Shown piece after piece: positions 39,114-47,567 of a DNA stretch of 64,000 nt (its first letter is position 1; every line of letters begins with the position of its first letter). Both the position numbers and the translations under genes were made by a program. The notes under the pieces were generated by a model. It was not told the origin of the DNA and did not search any database. It saw only the letters and a program-made list of their open reading frames with translations. Origin of the DNA: an uncultured Gemmatimonadales bacterium (GTDB lineage: Bacteria; Gemmatimonadota; Gemmatimonadetes; Longimicrobiales; RSA9); NCBI GenBank assembly GCA_963798845.1, contig CAWCUS010000001.1:567850-631849 (forward strand). The letters are read 5' to 3'.

Positions 39114-40523
39114 CTAGATCGTCGCCCCGACCAGCGCAAAGCCCACCGTAGCCGCGGCCGCCCCCAGCAGCGCGTACGGCAGCTGCGTCCGCACGTGGTC
39201 AATGTGGTCGGTGGCGGCGGCCATGGAGGAGATGATGGTGGTGTCACTGATCGGGGAGGCGTGGTCGCCGAAGATCCCGCCGGAGAGCGATGCGGCCACG
39301 AACGGCGCCAGCGGCCACCCCAGGTGCATCGCTGCCGGGACGGCGATCGGCAGCATGATGGCGAACGTCCCCCAGCTGGTCCCGGTGGAGAAGGCGACGA
39401 ACGCGGCCACCACGAAGATGAGCGGGAGGAACGCCACCGGCGGGAGCGTGCCCGCGATCATCCGGGCCACGTAGGGCCCGGCCCCGAGCGCGTCGGTGAC
39501 GGCCGCCAGGGCGAGGCTGAGCCAGAGCACGGCGGCCATGTTGATGAGCCCCCCTGCACCGCGCAGCCCGATCCGCGTCAGATCGTCCACGGTCGAGCGC
39601 CGGGCGGCCAGGATCATGATCCACGCCACGGCCAGCGCGGTGAGGACCGCCCAGAGCACGCTCGTGGAGCCGGAGCCGGTGCGCGGGTCGCCGTGGCCCG
39701 TGACGAACAGCCCCACCGGCATCATGGCCACCATGACGACGATGGGCACCACCATGAACAGCGGGTGCCCCGGGCCGCCTTCGGCCTCGGGCGAGAGGAC
39801 CTCCGGGTCGATCAGGGGCGAAGCACCATCCCACAGGAGCTTCCCCTCACGCGTCCGCCGCTCCGCCGCTCGCATCGGTCCGATGTCCAGCCCGGTCGCG
39901 ATGGTGATGCCCGCGATGGCAACGGCGGCAAGGGCGTAGAAGTTCAGCGGGATGGCTTCCAGGAACGTGGCCAGCGGGTTCGGCACCCCCAGCTCGCCCA
40001 GGATGCCCAGGATGTACGCCCCCCACGCGTTCAGCGGGATCAGGATGCAGATGGCCGCCGAGGTCGAGTCGATGATGTACGCCAGCTTCTCCCGCGACGA
40101 GTGGAACCGGTCGAACAGCGGCCTCGCCACCGACCCGCTCACCAGCACGGTGATGTTCGACTCGATGAAGATCACGATGCCGATCCCGTAGGCCAGGAGC
40201 TGCGCGCCCCGCGGACCCGTGACCCAGCGCCGGCGCTCCAGCCACTGCACGAACCCCTTCACGCCGCCCGACGTCTCGATCGTGGCGATGAGGGCGCCGA
40301 TGAAGAGGGCGAAGAGGATGACGCGGGCGTTCCCCGCGTCGCCGAGCACGGCGATGGTCCGGTCGATGGCCACCGCCGCCCCCACCGCCGGGTTCCACCC
40401 CGACACGATCGTCCACCCCAGCCACACGCCCGCGGCGAGCGACAGGTAGACCTGCCGCGTCCAGATGGCCAGCACGATCGCGAGCACCGCGGGCAGCAGC
40501 GACAGGAGTGATGGCTCGGGCAC
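39114..40523 (-). CDS. Na+/H+ antiporter NhaC-family transporter
   Basis: I propose a GTG start at 40523 (VPEPSLLSLLPAVLAIVLAIWTRQV...). The protein is polytopic, with family-typical segments (IESNITVLVSG, FSTGTSWGTFAIMLPIA, GGIFGDHASPISDTTI). Confidence 0.75.
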   Translation of the reverse strand: MPEPSLLSLLPAVLAIVLAIWTRQVYLSLAAGVWLGWTIVSGWNPAVGAAVAIDRTIAVLGDAGNARVILFALFIGALIATIETSGGVKGFVQWLERRRWVTGPRGAQLLAYGIGIVIFIESNITVLVSGSVARPLFDRFHSSREKLAYIIDSTSAAICILIPLNAWGAYILGILGELGVPNPLATFLEAIPLNFYALAAVAIAGITIATGLDIGPMRAAERRTREGKLLWDGASPLIDPEVLSPEAEGGPGHPLFMVVPIVVMVAMMPVGLFVTGHGDPRTGSGSTSVLWAVLTALAVAWIMILAARRSTVDDLTRIGLRGAGGLINMAAVLWLSLALAAVTDALGAGPYVARMIAGTLPPVAFLPLIFVVAAFVAFSTGTSWGTFAIMLPIAVPAAMHLGWPLAPFVAASLSGGIFGDHASPISDTTIISSMAAATDHIDHVRTQLPYALLGAAAATVGFALVGATI

Positions 40524-40612
40524 CAGTGGCAGGTCCGGGAGAGGGATGGCTCGGCGTCGTGGGCAGCCAATTCTAGGCGGTCGACCGTGTGGCAGCCAGC
40601 GGGGGCCGGTGG

Positions 40613-42763
40613 TCAGTCGCCGAGCATTGCCTTCATGTCGGTGAAGAAGTTCTTGCGGAGCTCCGCCGACTCCTGGGGGCTCAGGATGTTCTCGGCCGTC
40701 TTCACGTTCAGGTGCTCTTCGGGGAGATCGTCCAGGTAGCGGGACGGGAGCGCCTCCACGGCATCCCCGCCCCGCTTCCGCGTCAGGCAGCGCGACAGCG
40801 TGACGCGATTCCGGGCACGCGTCAGCCCCACGTAGAGCAGCCGGCGCTCCTCGGCCAGCGGGTCGCCGGCGGGAGCCGCGTCGATGGAGCGGGCGTGGGG
40901 GAGGATTCCCTCCTCGAGCCCCACCAGGAACACCTCGTCGAACTCCAGCCCCTTCGCGGAATGGAGGGTCATGAGGACGACTGCGTCCAGGTCGCCGTCC
41001 TCCTCCTCTTCGTCGTTCTGGTCCAGGGCGAGGCGGGCGAGGGCGTCGTGGAGCGTGGGCGGCTCCCAGCCTTCCGGAAGCGCGCGCGGCGCGTGCTGGT
41101 AGTCCTCGTCCGCGTCCGGCCGGTCGGCCCAGCGCTTCCGCTCGTAGCGGGCGATGGAGCCCACCAGGTCCTTGAGGTTCCACACGCGGTGCTCCTCGTC
41201 CGAGACCGCGTCGATCAGGCCGCAGCCATCGCGGAAGAACGACAGCGCCCAGTCCGCCACGGGGGTCAGCTGCGACCCGGGCGGCTGATGCGCGGATCTC
41301 TCCTCGGCCGCGTGCAGCGACTTCCGCGCGCGGTCGAGGAGCGCATCGAAGCCGCGGATGGCGCGGGCCTGGGCGGCGCCGACGTCGTCGTCCGAAACGT
41401 GGCGGAGCGTGCCGCAGAATCCCTTTCGCCGATCGCGGGCGAGCTCGGCCACCTTCATGACCGTGGTCCGGCCGACCCCGCGGGTGGGGAAGTTGATGAT
41501 CCGCCGGACGGCGATCTCGTCATCGGGGTGGGCGACGGCGCGCAGGTAGGCGATGCCGTCCGCCACCTCCTTGCGGTCGAAGAACCCGGTGCTGCCCACC
41601 ACGCGGTACGGGATGCCCTTCTCGCGCATCGTCTCCTCGAGCACGCGCGACTGCACGTTCGTGCGGTAGAGCACCGCGTAATCACTCCACTTCGTCCCGA
41701 AGCGGTAGTGCCGGAGCGAGATCTCCGTGGCGACCGTCGCGGCTTCCAGCGCGTCATCTTCGTGCTCGTACAGGTCCAGCGGCTCGCCGATGGGGTTGTC
41801 GGTCCGGAGCGTCTTCTCGTGGCGGTGAGGGTTGGCCGCGATCACGGCGCTGGCGGCGGCGAGGATCCGCTTTGTGCTCCGGTAGTTCTGCACGAGCGAT
41901 ATGACCCTGGCGCCGGGGAAATGGCGCTCGAATTCGAGGATGTTCCGGACGTCCGCGCCGCGGAAAGCGTAGATCGACTGGTCGTCGTCGCCCACGACGC
42001 ACAGGTTGCGGCGCGCCCCGGCCAGGTGGCGGGCCATCTCCAGCTGGACGCCGTTCGTGTCCTGGTACTCGTCGATCATGACGTAATGCCAGCGACGCCA
42101 GGCCGCACGGCGGACCTCCTCGTCGTCCGCGAGGAGCCGAACCGGGAGGAGGAGCAGGTCGTCGAAGTCCACGGCGCCGCACGCCCGCAGCACGTCCTCG
42201 TATTTCGGGTACGCGTCGGCCGCGAGCACCGCGTACTCGTCGGCGCGGGTGTCCAGGGCGGCCCCGGCCATGACCTCGCGGCGCGCCGCCTCCGGCGTGA
42301 CCCCGCGCGTCTTCCAGTCGGAGATGCGGCGCAGGAGGACCTGGAGGTCGAAGCGGTCGTCGGCAATGTGGACTTCGGCGGCCGCGGTCCGGAGGGCGCC
42401 GAGCTGGTCGCGCGAGTCGTAGATGGCGAACCGACGGGGGAGGCCGAGGCGGTCGCCGTGCTCCCGGAGGATGCGGACGCCGAGCGAGTGGAAGGTCGAG
42501 ATGACCACGTCCCTGGCGGCGTCGCCTGCGAACGCCGCCACCCGCTCCCGCATCTCGTCGGCGGCCTTGTTGGTGAACGTCACAGCCAGGACCTGGCGAG
42601 GCTCCGCCTTCCCGGTCCGGATCAGGTGGCTGATCCGGTGAACCAGCATCTTCGTCTTTCCGCTCCCCGCCCCCGCCAGCACGAGGACAGGCCCCTCGGT
42701 GTGGAGGACCGCCTGGCGCTGCTCGGGATTGAGTCCACGGAGGTGTGCTTCGGTGCTTCCCAT
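40613..42763 (-). CDS. ATP-dependent DNA helicase, UvrD/PcrA/Rep family
   Basis: The sequence contains LNPEQRQAVLHTEGPVLVLAGAGSGKTKML, FTNKAADEM, VMIDEYQDTN, LVQNYRST, VLYRTN and TLHSAKGLEFD...LLYVGLTRAR. Confidence 0.9.
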   Translation of the reverse strand: MGSTEAHLRGLNPEQRQAVLHTEGPVLVLAGAGSGKTKMLVHRISHLIRTGKAEPRQVLAVTFTNKAADEMRERVAAFAGDAARDVVISTFHSLGVRILREHGDRLGLPRRFAIYDSRDQLGALRTAAAEVHIADDRFDLQVLLRRISDWKTRGVTPEAARREVMAGAALDTRADEYAVLAADAYPKYEDVLRACGAVDFDDLLLLPVRLLADDEEVRRAAWRRWHYVMIDEYQDTNGVQLEMARHLAGARRNLCVVGDDDQSIYAFRGADVRNILEFERHFPGARVISLVQNYRSTKRILAAASAVIAANPHRHEKTLRTDNPIGEPLDLYEHEDDALEAATVATEISLRHYRFGTKWSDYAVLYRTNVQSRVLEETMREKGIPYRVVGSTGFFDRKEVADGIAYLRAVAHPDDEIAVRRIINFPTRGVGRTTVMKVAELARDRRKGFCGTLRHVSDDDVGAAQARAIRGFDALLDRARKSLHAAEERSAHQPPGSQLTPVADWALSFFRDGCGLIDAVSDEEHRVWNLKDLVGSIARYERKRWADRPDADEDYQHAPRALPEGWEPPTLHDALARLALDQNDEEEEDGDLDAVVLMTLHSAKGLEFDEVFLVGLEEGILPHARSIDAAPAGDPLAEERRLLYVGLTRARNRVTLSRCLTRKRGGDAVEALPSRYLDDLPEEHLNVKTAENILSPQESAELRKNFFTDMKAMLGD

Positions 42764-42845
42764 GGAGGGTCGGGAAGCTAGCGGCCGTCGGGGCGCGCTG
42801 GCTAGCCCCGCCGGATCCCCCGCCGTCGCGGTCGTGCGGCCGGCG

Positions 42846-43808
42846 TCAGAGCGCCAGCTCGGCGGCGACCTCCCGCAGCGCCGCCACGCCCACCACGTCC
42901 GAGGCGCGCAGGGTCAGGAGATGCCGGGGGAGGTCGCCGAAACGAGCGTCGATCTCGGCGAGGTAGGCGGCCTCGCGATCCCGGCGACGGGCCAGGAAGT
43001 CGCCATCGGCATCGGCCGGCAGCACGCGGTTCACCACGAGCCCGCCCACCGGGATGCGGTAGCGGCGCAGCGCCGCGACCGCCCGTCCCGTCTCCAGGAT
43101 CGGCAGCCGCTCGGGGATCACGACGAACACGAACGCCGAGCGGCCGGGATCCGTGACCACCTCTCTCGCCGCCCGGAACCGGTCCTGGCGAAGCGCCAGC
43201 GCGGCCAGCACCGGGTCTTCGACGTCCGGCGGCGTCCGACCCTGACCCGGGCTCGCGCGGCCGGCCGCCGCGCCGGCCACGTTGCGCCACATGCGCCCCA
43301 GGGAGTTCAGTTTCCGCCGACGCGAGACGAGGCCGTCGATCCACGCCTGCATCTGCTCGGGAAGCGCGAGGAGCCGGAGGGTGTGCCCGGTGGGCGCCGT
43401 GTCGAAGATGATCCGCTCATGCTCGTCGGAGGCCAGGATCCGGGCGAATCGGTCGAAAAGCGCCGCTTCCTCCGCTCCCGGCGACGCCCGTGCCACGTCG
43501 ATCTCGCGCTCCACCTCCGCCAGCAGCCGGGGCGATGCGACCTCGCGAATGCGCGTCTTTACTTCGGCGATGTAGCGGTCGGCCTCGGCCCGCGGATCGA
43601 TCTCGAGTGCGTCGAGCCGGTCGGCGACCCGTTTCGCCGTGTCGGCCAGCGGCGTCTCCAGGATGTCGCCCGTGGAATGCGCCGGGTCCGTCGACACCAG
43701 GAGCGTGCTGAGCCCGGAGTCGGCTGCGGCCAGCGCTGCCGCCGCGGCGACCGTCGTCTTGCCGACGCCCCCTTTCCCACCCACGAAGGTCACCGGCTTC
43801 AGCAGCAT
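42846..43808 (-). CDS. ArsA/Get3 (TRC40)-family P-loop ATPase, single-domain, cysteine-free
   Basis: There is a deviant Walker A motif (FVGGKGGVGKTTVAAA). The signature TDPAHS and a switch II motif (DTAPTGHTLRLLALP) are present. The protein is 320 aa with no Cys residue. Confidence 0.8.
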   Translation of the reverse strand: MLLKPVTFVGGKGGVGKTTVAAAAALAAADSGLSTLLVSTDPAHSTGDILETPLADTAKRVADRLDALEIDPRAEADRYIAEVKTRIREVASPRLLAEVEREIDVARASPGAEEAALFDRFARILASDEHERIIFDTAPTGHTLRLLALPEQMQAWIDGLVSRRRKLNSLGRMWRNVAGAAAGRASPGQGRTPPDVEDPVLAALALRQDRFRAAREVVTDPGRSAFVFVVIPERLPILETGRAVAALRRYRIPVGGLVVNRVLPADADGDFLARRRDREAAYLAEIDARFGDLPRHLLTLRASDVVGVAALREVAAELAL

Positions 43809-44008
43809 CGCCAGCCGCCTTCCGGCGTACGCTCGAGCCCCGCGCGACGGTGCCACTCGTGGAAGTCCTCCAGCAGGTAAGGCAGCAGCTCCAGCGTGTA
43901 GAAGTCCACCGGGTTCGGCACCCCGATGGCATCGGAAAAGGTGGCAACCATGAACGCATCCCGCTGCCTGGCGTACCGCCGCTGGATTTCCGACCGGTAC
44001 GGAACCAT
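43799..44008 (-). CDS. small hypothetical protein ending in Cys-Cys, translationally coupled to the ArsA-like ATPase
   Basis: The 69-aa product is MVPYRSEIQRRYARQRDAFMVATFSDAIGVPNPVDFYTLELLPYLLEDFHEWHRRAGLERTPEGGWRCC. Codon position 3 is GC-rich. Its 3' end overlaps the ATPase start by 10 nt. The start is uncertain, and the ORF is open back to 44128. Confidence 0.5.
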   Translation of the reverse strand: MVPYRSEIQRRYARQRDAFMVATFSDAIGVPNPVDFYTLELLPYLLEDFHEWHRRAGLERTPEGGWRCC

Positions 44009-44175
44009 CGCCACACCCTCGTAGATCCGGGCGCCGCGTAGCAGCACGGCCGTCAGGCACCGACCGGCTCGCGTGAGGGTGCGCGCCAGCGCTCGGGCGC
44101 TTCGCGGGAGGGTCACGCGATGCCCCATCCGGCGCGCTCGAGGGTGTCCGCCAGCCAGAGGGCGGCTCGGATCGG

Positions 44176-44274
44176 CCAGCGCCGCAGACCACCGCGAGCT
44201 CGGGGCACCCAGCGGGGCAGACCGCCGGGGCCTCGGGGCACCCAGCGCCGCAGACCGCCGGGGGCCCGGGACAG
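44176..44274. repeat. 33-nt imperfect tandem repeat x3
   Basis: The units are at 44176-44208, 44209-44241 and 44242-44274 (CCAGCGSSGCAGACCRCCG..GGGGCAC). They lie between the small CC-protein gene and the transposase 3' end. Confidence 0.8.
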
Positions 44275-44336
44275 AGGACCCGCCGCCGGTGCGCGCGGCC
44301 CGCGCCGCCCGCCATGGTTGTCGAGCTCGGATTCGC

Positions 44337-45326
44337 TCATCGCGGTGCGCTGGAGATGATCGTATTCGTCAACATACGAGGTCGCCCCGGTGGCGACAGG
44401 CGCCCGGCGCGGGATCCGCTCGGAGCTGGCCGCCGGCAGAAACGGAACCAGGCCAGGTACTGATCGAGGTAGCGGGTTGCCACGCCTCGGAACCGACGAA
44501 GCCACGCGCGGAGACGGCAGCCATAATTCCGGGCGTCGCTGCCGCCGCAACCTGCGGCGCAACTCGGCACGCCGCGCGCCGCTCGCCATGGGAGCCCGGC
44601 CGCGCGCGCTGTCGCGGCGACAACCCGGGGCGCCAACATTCTGGACGAAAGGGTGGCCAGCGGGTCCAGGCACCCGGAGAGGAGATCGGCCATCCTCGCC
44701 GGTGAAGGCGGTCTTTCGCCCGCCTTCCGACCGTCCATTGTGCGCCGCATCAATCCGGCATGGCGAGCGTAGCCCCGCCCGTGCCCATCGCAGGCAAGGA
44801 GCACCCAGGCGCGCGCCTGGACGAACCACCAGAACGCCTTCCGTCGCCGGGGCCGTCGGTCCAGGTCCCGCCTCCCCTTCTCCGAGAATGGGAGGCACGT
44901 CCACGCGATGTCCACTGCGTCGTGTAGCAAACAGATCTCGGTGTCCCGCAGGTGTCCGAGAACCAGGTGCCGCCAGTGGAAAACGGTGTCGCGATGGACG
45001 CCCACCCACGCGGCCGAGCGACGCACGCTTTCTGCGCGCGGGAGCCGGCGGCAGAAGGCGGCCCAGCGATCCAGGCGCTTGAGGTAGTAGACCGCCGTGC
45101 CGGTGAAATCGCTGAACGTCCGCCCACAGGCAGTGCAGCGGAAGCGCTGACGCCCGGAGAAATGGCCCCAACGGTGGATCGCGTCGCAGGCGCAGTGCGG
45201 ACACGCAAGCGGGCGAGGCCGCAGCATTCGGCGGAGATCCCGGATCAGCCGTTGCGGGTCGGCATTCGTCTCGCGGTGGGTGAAGCGCGAGGGGTTGCGG
45301 GTCGCGCATGGGTGTGGGGCCGGCAT
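44337..45326 (-). CDS. IS1595-family (ISXO2-like) DDE transposase
   Basis: The ATG at 45326 opens MPAPHPC... The N-terminal zinc ribbon is CPHCACDAIHRWGHFSGRQRFRCTACGRTFSDFTGT. The C-terminus (GVATRYLDQYLAWFRF) is typical of the IS1595 DDE domain. Confidence 0.75.
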   Translation of the reverse strand: MPAPHPCATRNPSRFTHRETNADPQRLIRDLRRMLRPRPLACPHCACDAIHRWGHFSGRQRFRCTACGRTFSDFTGTAVYYLKRLDRWAAFCRRLPRAESVRRSAAWVGVHRDTVFHWRHLVLGHLRDTEICLLHDAVDIAWTCLPFSEKGRRDLDRRPRRRKAFWWFVQARAWVLLACDGHGRGYARHAGLMRRTMDGRKAGERPPSPARMADLLSGCLDPLATLSSRMLAPRVVAATARAAGLPWRAARGVPSCAAGCGGSDARNYGCRLRAWLRRFRGVATRYLDQYLAWFRFCRRPAPSGSRAGRLSPPGRPRMLTNTIISSAPR

Positions 45327-45415
45327 GGGAGAGGAATGCGCTGTTGCCCGGGGCACCGGAATAGTGGGTTGCGACAACGCGGATGGTGTGCGGAGCGTGT
45401 GACGACGCCGACCAT

Positions 45416-45501
45416 CCGGCTCTGTCAGAGGGAACTGTTGGCTGCGGCCCCCGCGCTCGAGGCTCCAGCACCCGACCAACAGTTCCCTCTGACAGAACCG
45501 G
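45416..45501. repeat. 26-nt inverted repeat (hairpin, 34-nt loop) containing the TCTGTCAGAGGGAACTGTTGG box
   Basis: The left arm at 45416-45441 is CCGGCTCTGTCAGAGGGAACTGTTGG. The right arm at 45476-45501 is CCAACAGTTCCCTCTGACAGAACCGG. There is 1 mismatch in 26 nt. The same box recurs at 56397-56540. Confidence 0.9.
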
Positions 45502-45596
45502 ACGGTCGGATCTTGGGGAGAGCAACGAGGCGCGACCGGGGCGGGGCACCGGCCCGCCGGCGGTGGGCAGAGCGTCGCCGACTCCCCCGTTCGCCG

Positions 45597-47384
45597 TCAG
45601 GTCACGTTGTACTCGACCTTTTCGACGTCGGCGGTGATGGCGGGGTCCAGGTCGCCGCGGAGCGCGCGACGGATCGCGGCGGCGGCTTCGAGGATGAGCC
45701 AGATCTCGAGGGCGAAGATGACGGCGCCAACCCCGAACAGGACCCATTGGTGGCGGAAGTGCTGACCCAGCTGCTCGACCATGGCCCACGTGGTCATGAA
45801 GAAGAGAAACACCATGGGAACCGCGGTCACCCACGCATTTCTCTTGAGTGACAGCAACACGATGGTGACGACCAGGAGCGTCAGCGCGCCCGTCAGCTGG
45901 TTGGTGGTCCCGAACAGGGGCCAGATGCGCATCCCGCCGGCACCTCGATCGATGCCGAGTGCGAGCGCCCCGACGGCCGCCACCGCAATGATCGACGCGA
46001 TCAGCCCGTTCTCCAGGACCTTTATCCGGTACTGCGATCCCAGCTCCTCGACGATGTAGCGCTGGAGCCGGACACCGGTGTCCATCGTGGTGGCGGCGAA
46101 AGAGATGACGACGACCGCCGCGAATATCACGGCCACGTCGTGGGGGAGGCCGATCCCTTCGGCGAGGCGGCCGACGCCGTCTACGAAGGCGTTGACGCCA
46201 CCAGCAGACGCCTTGGCGAACGACGAGTAGTGCTCGCGCCAGCCATCGCGCCCCGCGAACAGAGCGAATCCGGCGGTGGTGGCGATGATGGAAGTCAGCG
46301 CCAGCACCCCCTCGCCAGCCATCCCGCCGTAGCCGATGAAACGGGCGTCCGTCTCACGATCGAGCTGTTTCGACGTGGTTCCGGAGGCCACGAGCCCGTG
46401 AAAACCGGAGATGGCGCCGCAGGCGATGGTGATGAAGAGGAGCGGGAACCAGCCGGGCGCGTCGGCCGGGAGATGATGGTTCACCGCCGGGGCGAGGACG
46501 GGCGGGTTCGTCGCCAGGACGCCGGCGAAGATGACGGCCAGGGCCACGAAGAGCTGATGGCTGTTGATGTAGTCGCGGGGCTGGAGCAGGAGCCAGACCG
46601 GGAGCGTCGACGCCAGCAGCCCGTACAGGAGCATGATGATGACCCAGCCCGCGCGGATCCCGTCGACGGCGGCGGCCGCCTGGGCCGCGGCCGCGTCGCC
46701 GCCGGCCGCCTGCAGCTGAGCGCCGGTGGGAGCGAAGTGGAAGAGGTCCGGGAGCTGGGGGTGCATGTACTGCCCGAGCCAGATGTAGGTGTAGAGCAGG
46801 ACCAGGGCGACGAGGCTCGGGACCAGGATCCCGGCCCGTGTCCGGTACACGAGCAGCCCCACGACCACGGCTGTGGGAAGGCTCATCCAGATAGGGAAGA
46901 TCGCGCCGGGGTTGGCGATGAAGAGGTTCGCGATCACAACGGCGAATACGGCGTTGACCATCAGGAGCAGCAGGAAGATGATCAGCAGGAACAGCGTCCG
47001 CGCACGCGATCCGATGACGCCGTGCGTGATGGTGCCGATGGACTCGCCGCGGTGGCGAACTGAAATCCAGAGTGCCCCGAAGTCGTGAACGGCGCCGGCG
47101 AAGATGGTGCCCAGGACCACCCAGAGGAACGCCGGCAGCCACCCCCAGATCACGGCGATGGCCGGCCCCACGATCGGCGCGGCGCCGGCAACGGAGGTGA
47201 AGTGGTGGCCGAAGAGCACGTGTCGGTTCGTCGGCACGTAGTCCACGCCGTCCTCGAAGCGGTGGGCGGGCGTGATGTAGTCGGGGTCGAGGCGGAACAC
47301 GAACCGGGCGATGTAGCGGGAATACAGCAGGTAGCCCGTGACGAACGCGCTCAGGCCGATGACCAGCAGGATGATGGCGCTCAT
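45597..47384 (-). CDS. cstA: carbon starvation protein A (peptide/pyruvate transporter family)
   Basis: The start is MSAIILLVIGLSAFVTGYLLYSRYIA. The sequence contains HHFTSVAGAAPIVGPAIAVIWGWLPA and ACGAISGFHGLVASGTTSKQ. The protein is 595 aa and polytopic. Confidence 0.9.
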   Translation of the reverse strand: MSAIILLVIGLSAFVTGYLLYSRYIARFVFRLDPDYITPAHRFEDGVDYVPTNRHVLFGHHFTSVAGAAPIVGPAIAVIWGWLPAFLWVVLGTIFAGAVHDFGALWISVRHRGESIGTITHGVIGSRARTLFLLIIFLLLLMVNAVFAVVIANLFIANPGAIFPIWMSLPTAVVVGLLVYRTRAGILVPSLVALVLLYTYIWLGQYMHPQLPDLFHFAPTGAQLQAAGGDAAAAQAAAAVDGIRAGWVIIMLLYGLLASTLPVWLLLQPRDYINSHQLFVALAVIFAGVLATNPPVLAPAVNHHLPADAPGWFPLLFITIACGAISGFHGLVASGTTSKQLDRETDARFIGYGGMAGEGVLALTSIIATTAGFALFAGRDGWREHYSSFAKASAGGVNAFVDGVGRLAEGIGLPHDVAVIFAAVVVISFAATTMDTGVRLQRYIVEELGSQYRIKVLENGLIASIIAVAAVGALALGIDRGAGGMRIWPLFGTTNQLTGALTLLVVTIVLLSLKRNAWVTAVPMVFLFFMTTWAMVEQLGQHFRHQWVLFGVGAVIFALEIWLILEAAAAIRRALRGDLDPAITADVEKVEYNVT

Positions 47385-47567
47385 GGCGACGCAGGATTGC
47401 GTCTTCCGGAGGGCGCCGCAACCCATCGAGGCTGCCGGACCGGTGCGGCCAACCCGCGCACCCCCCGAAGCGCTCTGGTCCCGCGAGCGCCCGCGTTGAC
47501 CGCGGCGACCGGGGCACGCACTTTTCGACTGGTCCTCTCGCCCAGCCCTTGCCGGAGGTCGAACGCC

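Larger units (their letters stand above)
44337..45501 (-). mobile_element. IS1595-like element or remnant (transposase plus upstream inverted-repeat hairpin; second terminal IR not found)
   Basis: The transposase gene sits with a 26-nt inverted repeat pair 90-175 nt upstream of its start. I could not find a matching repeat downstream of the gene, so the element boundaries are unresolved. Confidence 0.45.
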
